The translations under genes and the position numbers were made by a program. Shown here piece by piece: positions 18,622-27,432 of a DNA stretch of 64,000 nt. The notes beneath the pieces are model-generated. The model had not been told where the DNA came from. It did not search any database and saw only the letters and a list, made by a program, of their open reading frames with translations. This DNA is from an uncultured Thermoanaerobaculia bacterium (GTDB lineage Bacteria > Acidobacteriota > Thermoanaerobaculia > Multivoradales > CAZRFU01): contig CAZRFU010000008.1 of NCBI GenBank assembly GCA_964599475.1, forward strand, positions 34,409-98,408, written 5' to 3'. Every line of letters begins with the position of its first letter. Within the stretch, counting starts at the first letter, position 1.

Positions 18622-20745
18622 CTACTCGAAAACCGCCGGGTCGAACGCCGGATCGATCTCGAACTTGGTCAGCGACGAACGTCCGATCGGGTCGCCATCG
18701 ACCTTGATCAGCTGTTCGTGCGGCACCTGCCGTCCACCGACCTCCTGGTAGCCCAAGAGCTCGACCTCGACCGCGCCGGGCGCGCCCGTCAGCGGGTTGA
18801 CGCCGGCGTAACGCTGGAAGGCCACGGTGCCGTCCGCTGCGACCAGGATTTCGCTCTCGGCGCCGCGGTACTTGACCACCAGGGTCTCGTAGGTCGTCCC
18901 GTTGACTTCCTGTGGCTGACCGGCGAGCGCCTCGAGGGCCGGATCGTCGGCGTAACGGACGATGGTGCGCAGATCGCGACCCAAGTCCTGCAGCTGCTTG
19001 GCGACCATTTCGGCCGGCATGTCGCGGCGCTGGCCACCCATCTCCATCCAGCCGCGATCGCCAACGATCACCTGGGTCTGTTCACCCATGGGGCTGCGCA
19101 CGACCTCACGGATGCGATCCGGGAACACCGTCAGGCTGGTCCGCGCGAGGCCGATCTGTTGGCCCTGGAGCGACACCGTCAGGGTCGCCTCCGAGGCGAT
19201 CGCCTTGACCGCAGCAGCGTCAGGCCCGCCCATGGCAGCAACCACCCTCGCGAGCAGCGCCTTGCCTGCGGCGACACTGGCGTCACTGGTCTCGACGTGG
19301 GCGGTCTTGACCTCCGGCGGCGGAATGGTGATGTCGACGTTCTCGACGGTGCCGAAATCCGACAGCGGCCGGTCGTAGCCTTCGGGGTTGCCGGCGACCA
19401 GGATCACCATCTCCTCCGGCCGCAGGCGCGCCTGGGCCGCCGCGAGAACTTCCTCGGCGGTCACCGACTCGACCCGCTTCTGGTACTGCTCGAGAAAGTC
19501 CGCCGGCAGGCCCTGGTACAGGTAACTCATGCGTTGCGCCAGCACCTGCGACTTCGAGGCGTAGTTGAAGACGAAGCCGTTGAGGATCGACTCCTTGGCG
19601 CGCGCCATCTCATCCGCCTCGGGAGCCGCCGCGCGCATCTTGGCGACCTCCTCCTGGAGCGCCGCAATCGCCGCCCCGACGGTCGAGAATTTGGTCGACA
19701 TGGTCAACGTCATGGTGCCGGGATAGGCAAACCCGGCGCCGACGCCGCCGCCGACCGAGTAGGCCAGACCCTTCTCGGAACGCACGTTCTTGAACAGGCG
19801 ACCGGCGAACCCACCACCCAAGACCTCGTTCATCACCTGCACGGCGAAGTAGTCGGGGTCGGTGATCCGCATCCCCAGGTGCCCAACGCGGATTTGTGCC
19901 TGGTTGACATCGGTCTTGGTCACCGACAGCACTCGCGGCCCGGCCTGACTGGTGGGCTCCGCGGCAAGCGACGCCGGGTCCGGCCCCCGCTTCCAATCAC
20001 CGAAGGTCTTGGTGAGCTTCGCCAGCATCGCCTTCGGCTCGAAGTCGCCGACGACCCCGAGGATCGTTGCATTGGGGTGGAAGGCGCCTGCATGGAACGC
20101 GATCAAGTCGTCGCGGGTGATGGCGTTGAGCGTCGAGTATTCGGTCTGGCGTCCCATGGCGCTGTCTGCGCCGTAGATCGCCCGGCGGAACTCACGCGAG
20201 GCGATGCCGCCGACGTTGTCGTTGCGCCGCGCGATGCCGCTCTTGGCCTGGACTTTGGCCAGGTCGACCTTGTCCTCGGCAAACGCAGGGAAGCGCAACA
20301 CGTCGTTGAACAGCGGCAGGACGAAGTCGAAGTCCTGGCTGAGACACGACATCGTGACGTTGCCCGAGGTCTCGCCGATCGAGGCTTCGATCGATGCGGC
20401 TCGCGCCTCGAGCAGCAGGTCGAGCTCGTCCCCGCTGTGGTTCTTGGTTCCGCCGATGCGCTGCACCGCGCCGGTCAGGCCGGCGAGCCCGGTCTTGTCG
20501 GCCGGATCGAACAGACCGCCGGTGCGCACCATCGCTCGCGCCGTGATCAGCGGCAGCTCGCGATCGACCATCAGCATCACGGTCAAGCCGTTCGGCAGGG
20601 TATGGACTTCGGGCTTGGGAATGTCGAAGCTGCGGATGTCGGGGAAGGTCAACTGCTCGGGGCGTTCGACCTGGGCCGCCACCGGCAGCGCGGCGAGAGG
20701 AAGCAGCAGCGCAACAGCGCTCGTTCGGACGGAAAGCATGCTCAT
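18622..20745 (-). CDS. M16-family (pitrilysin/insulinase-like) peptidase, non-catalytic-type subunit, with extra C-terminal domain
   Basis: Signal peptide MSMLSVRTSAVALLLPLAALPVAAQ. M16 fold pattern without an obvious HxxEH motif. ATG at 20745 overlaps the upstream stop (ATGA). Confidence 0.85.
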   Translation of the reverse strand: MSMLSVRTSAVALLLPLAALPVAAQVERPEQLTFPDIRSFDIPKPEVHTLPNGLTVMLMVDRELPLITARAMVRTGGLFDPADKTGLAGLTGAVQRIGGTKNHSGDELDLLLEARAASIEASIGETSGNVTMSCLSQDFDFVLPLFNDVLRFPAFAEDKVDLAKVQAKSGIARRNDNVGGIASREFRRAIYGADSAMGRQTEYSTLNAITRDDLIAFHAGAFHPNATILGVVGDFEPKAMLAKLTKTFGDWKRGPDPASLAAEPTSQAGPRVLSVTKTDVNQAQIRVGHLGMRITDPDYFAVQVMNEVLGGGFAGRLFKNVRSEKGLAYSVGGGVGAGFAYPGTMTLTMSTKFSTVGAAIAALQEEVAKMRAAAPEADEMARAKESILNGFVFNYASKSQVLAQRMSYLYQGLPADFLEQYQKRVESVTAEEVLAAAQARLRPEEMVILVAGNPEGYDRPLSDFGTVENVDITIPPPEVKTAHVETSDASVAAGKALLARVVAAMGGPDAAAVKAIASEATLTVSLQGQQIGLARTSLTVFPDRIREVVRSPMGEQTQVIVGDRGWMEMGGQRRDMPAEMVAKQLQDLGRDLRTIVRYADDPALEALAGQPQEVNGTTYETLVVKYRGAESEILVAADGTVAFQRYAGVNPLTGAPGAVEVELLGYQEVGGRQVPHEQLIKVDGDPIGRSSLTKFEIDPAFDPAVFE

Positions 20746-22259
20746 TCTCCACCGGCGCCTGCGCCGGCCTCCTCGTTGACGATCATTGCCACGGTGCGGT
20801 TGTTCGCCACCAGCGTCTCCTTGGCGACCCGGAGGATGTCCTCCTTGGTCAGGGCGTCGATTGCCTCGACGCTGCGGAAGAGCTCGCGCCAATCCCCGTG
20901 GATCACGTGGTAGTACGCCAGCTGCTGGGCGATCCCCATGTTCGAGCCCAAGCCCCGGATCAGGCCGGCCTTGGCCCGGGTCTTGACCATCGCGAGCTCC
21001 TCGTCGGTGATCGGCTCGGTGGTGATCTTCTCGATCTCGGCGCGCAGCAGACCCTGAAGGGTCTCGAGCGTCGTGTCGGGGGTGGTGAAAGCGAAGAACA
21101 GCAGTTGGTTGGGGTACTTGTCGCCCGGGAACCCGTTGAACGCACTGGCAAAGCTCGCTGCCTTGGCGTCCCGCACGATCGAACGGTACAGCCGCGACGT
21201 GCGCCCGTTCGACAACACGTCGACCAGAGCCTCGTAAGCCGCGTGATCCGGGTGGTTGGCCGCCGGCCGATGGTAGCCCTCGACGTAGATCGGCTGGCTC
21301 GCCTCGTGGATCACCACCGACCTTTCACCGATCTGCTTGGGCTCGATGGTGCGCAACGGCGGCGTCTTGTCACCCTTGGGCAGACGGCCGAAGTAGGTCT
21401 CGAGCATCGGAATCAGACTCTTGGCCTGGACGTCGCCGACGATCGCGATGGTCATGTTGGCCGGGGTGTAGTACTTGGCGTAGAACGCGAGCGCGTCCTC
21501 GCGGGTGAAGCGTTCGAGATCGCTCTGATGTCCCACCCCGGGCTGGCCGTACGGGTGCGCCAGGTACGCGGCGCCGAGGTACTGCTCGATCAACCGGCCG
21601 AGGGGCTGGGAGTCGGTGCGCATGCGGCGCTCTTCCATCACCACGTCGCGTTCGACGTAGAACTCGCGCAACACCGGGTCGAGGTAACGCTCGGATTCGA
21701 GGTGTGCCCACAGCTCGATCTTGTTCGACGGAAGGGAGTAGAAGTAGTCGGTGTTGTCCGCCCCGGTCGAGGCGTTGATGCCGACTCCACCGGCGCGTTC
21801 GATGATCTCGGTGAACTCGTTGTTGACGACGAAGGACTTGGCCTTCTGTTGCGCCTCTTCGAGGACCTTCTTCAGCTCGGCGACCTTGGCGTCGTCGCGG
21901 CCGAAGGGCTTGTCGCGCTCGGCGGCCCAGGCGTGGTAGGCGGCGTCGACCTCGGCCATCGCAGCCTTCTCGGCGGCAAAATCCTTGGTGCCGATCTTGG
22001 TCGTTCCCTTGAACGCCATGTGCTCGAACATGTGCGCGAGACCGGTGATGCCGGGCACCTCCTGCGCCGCGCCGACGTCGACGTAGGTGTAAAACGACAC
22101 CACCGGCGCTTCCGGGCGTTCGTAGATCAGGAACGTCAAACCGTTGACGAGTCGATGTTCGGTCAGTCGCTGCTCGAAGCGTTGCAGGTCGAGGGCCGAA
22201 GCCGCCGTCGCAACGAGAGACAAGCCGAGCGCGAGCGCCACCAGCGGGCGTCGAACCAT
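20742..22259 (-). CDS. M16-family zinc peptidase (HxxEH active-site subunit)
   Basis: Signal peptide MVRRPLVALALGLSLVATAASA. Inverted zinc motif GLAHMFEHMAFKGT. ATG at 22259 is preceded by GGAGGAG. Confidence 0.9.
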   Translation of the reverse strand: MVRRPLVALALGLSLVATAASALDLQRFEQRLTEHRLVNGLTFLIYERPEAPVVSFYTYVDVGAAQEVPGITGLAHMFEHMAFKGTTKIGTKDFAAEKAAMAEVDAAYHAWAAERDKPFGRDDAKVAELKKVLEEAQQKAKSFVVNNEFTEIIERAGGVGINASTGADNTDYFYSLPSNKIELWAHLESERYLDPVLREFYVERDVVMEERRMRTDSQPLGRLIEQYLGAAYLAHPYGQPGVGHQSDLERFTREDALAFYAKYYTPANMTIAIVGDVQAKSLIPMLETYFGRLPKGDKTPPLRTIEPKQIGERSVVIHEASQPIYVEGYHRPAANHPDHAAYEALVDVLSNGRTSRLYRSIVRDAKAASFASAFNGFPGDKYPNQLLFFAFTTPDTTLETLQGLLRAEIEKITTEPITDEELAMVKTRAKAGLIRGLGSNMGIAQQLAYYHVIHGDWRELFRSVEAIDALTKEDILRVAKETLVANNRTVAMIVNEEAGAGAGGE

Positions 22260-22404
22260 GGGAGCTCCTCCGTCGATGAAAGTGGGCCGAACGTGGCCCG
22301 AGAAGGCGAAACACGGCGGCCGAGGCAGTGGCCCCGACACGCGTGAGGCGTCAACCTTACTACGGGGGTCGACGGACGAGGTTGCGGCGCGGCGGGCTGG
22401 CTCG

Positions 22405-22851
22405 TCAGTCGGGACTACGGAACGGATCGACCACTTCCAAGGTCCCGAGCCGAAAGCCATGCTGAAGGTCCTCGGAATACAGGACACGGCAACCGGCACG
22501 CTTGGCAGCCTGCAGCACCAGACAGTCCCACCAGGAGAAGCCATGGACGCGGTGGATCTCGAGCGCGGAGATGAGGTCTTCTGCTTCCGTCGGAACCAGG
22601 CGCAGGCGCGCATAGAGCTCGATTCGGCGTCGCACGGCATCCGCATCCAAGCCGAGCTTGCGCAGCGACACCGCCGCCAGCTCGTTCAGCACCTGCATCG
22701 AAACGACCCCGGTTGCGGCTAGAACCGTGTTCCGAATGAGCTCGCGAGCTCGGCGCCTCTTGGTCTCGTCGCGCGGGTCCTCGGCGTAGACTAGAACGTT
22801 GGTGTCGAAGAAGACGCCTGCGCGAGCCCTCTCTCGCTCCCGGGCGGTCAC
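22405..22851 (-). CDS. vapC: PIN-domain toxin (VapC family)
   Basis: 148 aa. VFFDTNVLVYA N-terminal motif, internal VSMQVLNEL, C-terminal DCLVLQAAKRAGCRVLYSEDL. GTG start overlaps the antitoxin stop (GTGA). Confidence 0.8.
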   Translation of the reverse strand: MTARERERARAGVFFDTNVLVYAEDPRDETKRRRARELIRNTVLAATGVVSMQVLNELAAVSLRKLGLDADAVRRRIELYARLRLVPTEAEDLISALEIHRVHGFSWWDCLVLQAAKRAGCRVLYSEDLQHGFRLGTLEVVDPFRSPD

Positions 22852-23081
22852 CGATCTCTCTCGTGGATTTCGTCCCGACTCCACCGCATCCCGGGCTCGG
22901 GCCGGGCCGGCGACGTGTCCCACGCGGCCTCGAGCTCGGCAACCGTCTGTGCAGCTTCGGGACCCTGGACCAGCGTGGCGAGGTAGTCGCGGACCATCTG
23001 ATTGAGGGACGTGCCCCGCCGCTGAGCCAGTCGCCGGACTCTCTCCACGGTTTCATCCTCGATCGAGAGGGTCACGTTCAT
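22848..23081 (-). CDS. Ribbon-helix-helix-type antitoxin partner of the PIN toxin
   Basis: 77 aa starting [34 protein letters not shown] (beta-strand then two helices, RHH pattern). Translationally coupled upstream of the PIN gene. Confidence 0.65.
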   Translation of the reverse strand: MNVTLSIEDETVERVRRLAQRRGTSLNQMVRDYLATLVQGPEAAQTVAELEAAWDTSPARPEPGMRWSRDEIHERDR

Positions 23082-23223
23082 GAACACAGGATACGTGTGG
23101 CTCGTTCGGGCGTCAACATCCCCAGGCTGCAGTTCCCCTTCTCCCGTTTCCTGCCATGCGATACTTACGCGCTCCACCCGCCGCAGCGCGGCAGAGCACG
23201 CAACCAGCAGCACGAGCACGACC

Positions 23224-25764
23224 ATGACGCACTTCTACGACCCCTCGACGATCGAACCCAAGTGGCAGGGCATTTGGGAGGAACAGAAGGCCTTCCGTAC
23301 TCCGGACGATCCGGCGATCCTGGCGTCGCGCCCCAAGTTCTACGTGCTCGACATGTTCCCCTACCCCTCCGGCGCCGGCCTGCACGTGGGCCACCCCGAG
23401 GGGTACACCGCCACCGACGTGGTCGCCCGCATGAAGCGCATGCAGGGCTTCAACGTGCTGCACCCGATGGGCTGGGACGCCTTCGGCCTACCGGCAGAGC
23501 GCGCGGCGGTGCGAGAGGGGATCCACCCGGCGATCATCACCACCCGCAACGTCGACACCTTCCGCGGGCAAATCAAACGCCTCGGCTTCTCCTACGACTG
23601 GGATCGCGAGATTTCGACTGCGTCGGTCGACATGTACCGCTGGACCCAGTGGATCTTCCTCAAGCTCTACGAGAAGGGCCTTGCCTACCTCGCAGACGTC
23701 CCGGTCAACTGGTGCCCGGCACTCGGCACGGTGCTCGCCAACGAAGAGGTCAAGGACGGCAAATACGTCGAAACCGGCGACCCGGTCGAAAAGCGCCTGA
23801 TGAAGCAATGGATGTTGCGCATCACCGCCTACGCCGACCGGCTGCTCGAGGACATCGACGAGGTCGACTGGCCCGAGCACGTCAAGGAGATGCAGCGCAA
23901 CTGGATCGGCAAGTCCGAAGGCGCTGAGATCACCTTTGCGATCGAAGGGCGCAGCGACAGCATCACCGTCTTCACCACCCGCCCCGACACCCTCTTCGGC
24001 TGTACCTACTGTGTGCTCTCGCCCGAACACCCGCTGGTCGAAGCGATCACCACTCCCGAGCACCGTGCCGCCGTCGAGGCCTACATCGCCGAGGCCAAGG
24101 CGAAACCCGAAGGCGAACGCACCGCCGAGGCCAAGGTCAAAACCGGCGCCTTCACCGGCGCCCACGCGTTGCATCCCGTGACCGGTCAACCGCTGCAGAT
24201 CTGGGTCGCCGACTACGTGCTGATGGGCTACGGCACCGGCGCGATCATGGCGGTCCCGGGGCAGGATCAACGCGACTGGGACTTCGCCAAGGCCTTCGGC
24301 CTGCCGATCGTCCGCACCGTGCAACCCCCCGCGGACTTCCCCGACGAACCGTTCCTCGGCGAGGGACCGGCGATCAACTCGGACTTCCTCGATGGACTCG
24401 GTGTCGCCGAGGCCAAGGCGCGGATGATCGCCTGGCTCGAAGAGCATGGCCGTGGTGTCCGCCGGGTCCAGTACCGCCTGCGCGACTGGTTGTTCTCGCG
24501 CCAGCGCTACTGGGGGGAGCCCTTCCCGATCGTGCACACCGAAGACGGCGAGGTGGTCGCGCTCTCGACCGACGACCTGCCGGTCGAGCTGCCGCCGGTC
24601 GACGAATACCGCCCCACTGACGATGGCCAGCCGCCACTCGCGCGCGCGCCGCAATCGTGGCGCGAGGTCACGCTTCCGGACGGCCGCACCGCCCTGCGTG
24701 AAACCAACACCATGCCGCAGTGGGCGGGGTCGTGTTGGTACTACCTGCGTTACCTCGACCCACACAACGATCAGGCGCCGTTTTCGCAGGAAGCCGAGAA
24801 CTACTGGATGCCGGTCGACCTCTACGTTGGCGGCGTCGAGCACGCGGTGCTGCATCTGCTCTACGCCCGCTTCTGGCACAAGGTGCTCTACGACTGCGGC
24901 CTGGTGTCGACCAAGGAGCCGTTCCAGCGTCTGTTCAACCAGGGCATGATCCTGGCCTACTCCTACCGCGACCAACAGGGGCGTTACTACCACCCGAACG
25001 ACGTCGTCGACCCCGAGGGCGAGGCCAAGAGTGCCGCGGGCGAGCGCCTCGAGGTCCAGGTCGAGAAGATGTCGAAGAGCAAGCTCAACGTCGTCAACCC
25101 CGACGACGTGATCGGGCGCTACGGCGCCGATGCGATGCGGCTCTACGAGCTCTTCATGGGCCCGCTCGAGCAGCAGAAGCCGTGGCAGATGAGCGGCGTC
25201 GAGGGCGTCGCGCGCTTCCTCGCGCGGGTGTGGCGCCTGGTGGTCGACGAAGAAACCGGCGCGCTCTCGTCACGCCTGGTCGACGAGCCGATGGCCAATC
25301 ACCCCGAGCTCGCCAAGGTCGTCCACCGCACCATCAAGAAGATCACCGAGGACGTGCCGGCCCTGCGCATGAACACCGGCATCTCGCAGATGATGATCTG
25401 CGTCAACGCCCTCACCAGCGCGGCCGCCCTCCCCCGCGAGGCCGTCACCACCTTCCTGCGCGTGCTCGCCCCCTGGGCGCCCCACCTCGCCGAGGAGCTG
25501 TGGCAACGCCTGGGCCAGGAAGGCCTCGTCTCCCTCGCGCCGTGGCCGCAGCACGACGAAGCCTTCTGCGTCGACGACGAGATCACCATCGTGGTGCAGG
25601 TCAACGGCAAGAAGCGCGACGAGCTGGTCGTGCCCAAAGACGCCGACCGCGCCGAGATCGAACGCCTGGCCCTCGCCAGCGAGCGGGTTCAGAGGCATCT
25701 CGGAGGCGTTGCGCCGAAGAAGGTCATCGCCGTGCCGGGTCGGTTGGTGAATCTGGTCGTCTAG
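23224..25764 (+). CDS. leuS: Leucine--tRNA ligase
   Basis: 846 aa. [17 protein letters not shown] (HIGH) and [10 protein letters not shown] (KMSKS) motifs, plus a CP1 editing region. ATG at 23224 matches the canonical N-terminus [15 protein letters not shown]. Confidence 0.97.
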   Translation: MTHFYDPSTIEPKWQGIWEEQKAFRTPDDPAILASRPKFYVLDMFPYPSGAGLHVGHPEGYTATDVVARMKRMQGFNVLHPMGWDAFGLPAERAAVREGIHPAIITTRNVDTFRGQIKRLGFSYDWDREISTASVDMYRWTQWIFLKLYEKGLAYLADVPVNWCPALGTVLANEEVKDGKYVETGDPVEKRLMKQWMLRITAYADRLLEDIDEVDWPEHVKEMQRNWIGKSEGAEITFAIEGRSDSITVFTTRPDTLFGCTYCVLSPEHPLVEAITTPEHRAAVEAYIAEAKAKPEGERTAEAKVKTGAFTGAHALHPVTGQPLQIWVADYVLMGYGTGAIMAVPGQDQRDWDFAKAFGLPIVRTVQPPADFPDEPFLGEGPAINSDFLDGLGVAEAKARMIAWLEEHGRGVRRVQYRLRDWLFSRQRYWGEPFPIVHTEDGEVVALSTDDLPVELPPVDEYRPTDDGQPPLARAPQSWREVTLPDGRTALRETNTMPQWAGSCWYYLRYLDPHNDQAPFSQEAENYWMPVDLYVGGVEHAVLHLLYARFWHKVLYDCGLVSTKEPFQRLFNQGMILAYSYRDQQGRYYHPNDVVDPEGEAKSAAGERLEVQVEKMSKSKLNVVNPDDVIGRYGADAMRLYELFMGPLEQQKPWQMSGVEGVARFLARVWRLVVDEETGALSSRLVDEPMANHPELAKVVHRTIKKITEDVPALRMNTGISQMMICVNALTSAAALPREAVTTFLRVLAPWAPHLAEELWQRLGQEGLVSLAPWPQHDEAFCVDDEITIVVQVNGKKRDELVVPKDADRAEIERLALASERVQRHLGGVAPKKVIAVPGRLVNLVV

Positions 25765-25826
25765 TTGGCGCATGTGGTATGCCTCGGTCTGAGGAGAGTG
25801 GGAACCGGTAGAGGACGGGCAGGAAA

Positions 25827-25852
25827 GGTACCGGGTACTGGGTACTGGGTAC
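25827..25852. repeat. Heptanucleotide tandem array (GGTACCG / GGTACTG units, about 3.7 units)
   Basis: ggtaccg ggtactg ggtactg ggtac, 63 nt downstream of the leuS stop. Intergenic. Confidence 0.8.
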
Positions 25853-26037
25853 TTTCGGAGGCTGGTATTGCCCGCGCCGTTGGCGCTTCGGATTGTGGCG
25901 CCTGAGTTCGGGCCAAAGGCCCGACCCATACCAGCCCAGGGTGAAGCCCTGGGTGGCAGCGCCCTCCCTCGACGCGGAATCGGTGCGGCGCGGCCATCCT
26001 GAGCCGTGATTGTGGGCCGGTGTAGGCTCGCTCGGCC

Positions 26038-26649
26038 ATGGACCTCTCCCCACAACTCCAACGAATCGTCGATCGCCCCTTCCCGGGCGAAACCAAGGAG
26101 TCGTGGGCAGCGATCCCTCTGCCGGAACGCCTTCGACTCCTCGCACACGGTCACTACCTGATCGAGCTTCCGCCTGAAGATCGCGAGATCCTCCGCTCGG
26201 TCCCGTCCTGGATGGCCGTCGGTCCCGAACTCGGCTACCCGGAGGAGTGGTTCAATCCCCAAGGGTGGCTGCTCCCGAAGTACCGACCGGGAGGCGGGAG
26301 CCACCGCGAGTACCTGTGGGCAAGACACTCGCGCCGCTTCTGGCAGGTCGCTTTCGACTCGCACCAGGCCTGGCTCCATCAGCTCGGAAGGCGATGGGGA
26401 TGTTTGGGTCTTGGCGTCCTTGGAGCCACCGTCTATTTCGCACAAGTCTTCGCGGTAGCACTTCTGCCCAGGAAGCTCCCCGACCCGTGGGACATCTGGG
26501 CATCGGTCGCACTCTTCCTGATCGGCGTGCCGGTGCTGGTGCTGACTGGCAAACTCCTCGTCGCACTCGCCGCGCGCCTCAGCTGGGCCTGCGCCCAGCG
26601 CCGGCTCCGCCAGCGCGTCGACCGCTGGGCTGCAACCTTGCCCGACTGA
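26038..26649 (+). CDS. Hypothetical membrane protein (2 C-terminal TM helices)
   Basis: 203-aa ORF with non-GC-artefact composition (W/Y/E/K present). Two hydrophobic helices (CLGLGVLGATVYFAQVFAVALL; ASVALFLIGVPVLVLTGKLLVALAA). I recognise no family. Confidence 0.4.
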   Translation: MDLSPQLQRIVDRPFPGETKESWAAIPLPERLRLLAHGHYLIELPPEDREILRSVPSWMAVGPELGYPEEWFNPQGWLLPKYRPGGGSHREYLWARHSRRFWQVAFDSHQAWLHQLGRRWGCLGLGVLGATVYFAQVFAVALLPRKLPDPWDIWASVALFLIGVPVLVLTGKLLVALAARLSWACAQRRLRQRVDRWAATLPD

Positions 26650-26693
26650 GAATCGCAGCACTGACCTGCGGCGGCACCCTGTAGACTGCGGCC

Positions 26694-27224
26694 GTGGACT
26701 TCGCTCGTGTCCTCCGCCACCTGTCGACGTGGTTCGAAGCTCAGAACCAGCCCTACGCACTGATCGGTGGAGGCGCGCTGGCTGCCTACGGTCATCTGCG
26801 GACGACCCTTGACCTCGACTTCGTCGTCCCGGCCGAGATCCAGGACGAGCTGGTGGACTTCATGGTGGAGTCGGGCTACGAAACCCTCCACCGCTCGTCC
26901 GGCTACTCCAATCATCTCAACGCCAACCCTGAGCTCGGGCGGGTCGATTTCGTTTATGTTTCCGGCCCGACCAGGACTGCGCTCTTCGCCGAAACGCGCA
27001 AACTTCCCGGGCCCGATGCCCTAGAGGCTCCGGTGCCCAAGCCGGAACACCTCATCGCGATGAAGGTCCAGGCCATGAAGAACGACCCTTCGCGGCGATT
27101 TCAAGACCTCGAGGACATCCGCTTCCTCGTCTCTCTGCCCGATGTCGACCGCGACGCGGTGCGAGACCGCTTCGCCCGAGCTGGACTTGAGGAGCGCTTC
27201 CGTGAGCTCACCGAAGACCTCTGA
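26694..27224 (+). CDS. Minimal nucleotidyltransferase-fold protein (AbiEii/DUF6036-like)
   Basis: 176 aa. NTase signature ALIGGGALAAYGHLRTTLDLDFVV (G-G..., DxD), later PEHLIAMKVQA and DLEDIRFL, typical of small NTase toxin-like proteins. Confidence 0.6.
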   Translation: MDFARVLRHLSTWFEAQNQPYALIGGGALAAYGHLRTTLDLDFVVPAEIQDELVDFMVESGYETLHRSSGYSNHLNANPELGRVDFVYVSGPTRTALFAETRKLPGPDALEAPVPKPEHLIAMKVQAMKNDPSRRFQDLEDIRFLVSLPDVDRDAVRDRFARAGLEERFRELTEDL

Positions 27225-27417
27225 GAGGCCCCTACCCGTCGACTTCGAGCGCGACGTCCCGACCACGTCCGAAGACAACGCCGCACTGCGCAGCCTTCGG
27301 ATCCAGGAATGTCCCGACCTCACGACCCAACTGGAGCGCCTCACCCGCGCCGTGCGGTCACTCGGTCTCCGACCGGGGCGAGAGACTGCGGCCGGCCGTC
27401 CTCCGTTCGAGCTGTAG
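27202..27417 (+). CDS. Small hypothetical protein overlapping the 3' end of the NTase gene
   Basis: GTG at 27202 lies 7 nt after GAGGAG. 71 aa (..PVDFERDVPTTSEDNAALRSLRIQECPDL..). No recognised family. Speculative. Confidence 0.3.
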   Translation: MSSPKTSERPLPVDFERDVPTTSEDNAALRSLRIQECPDLTTQLERLTRAVRSLGLRPGRETAAGRPPFEL

Positions 27418-27432
27418 GTCTGACCGGCGCCG

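Noticed and set aside
18718-20913. 731-aa plus-strand ORF opposite the M16 peptidase.
   Set aside because: It is antisense to a gene with a signal peptide and M16-fold homology. It has no motifs and GC-artefact composition.
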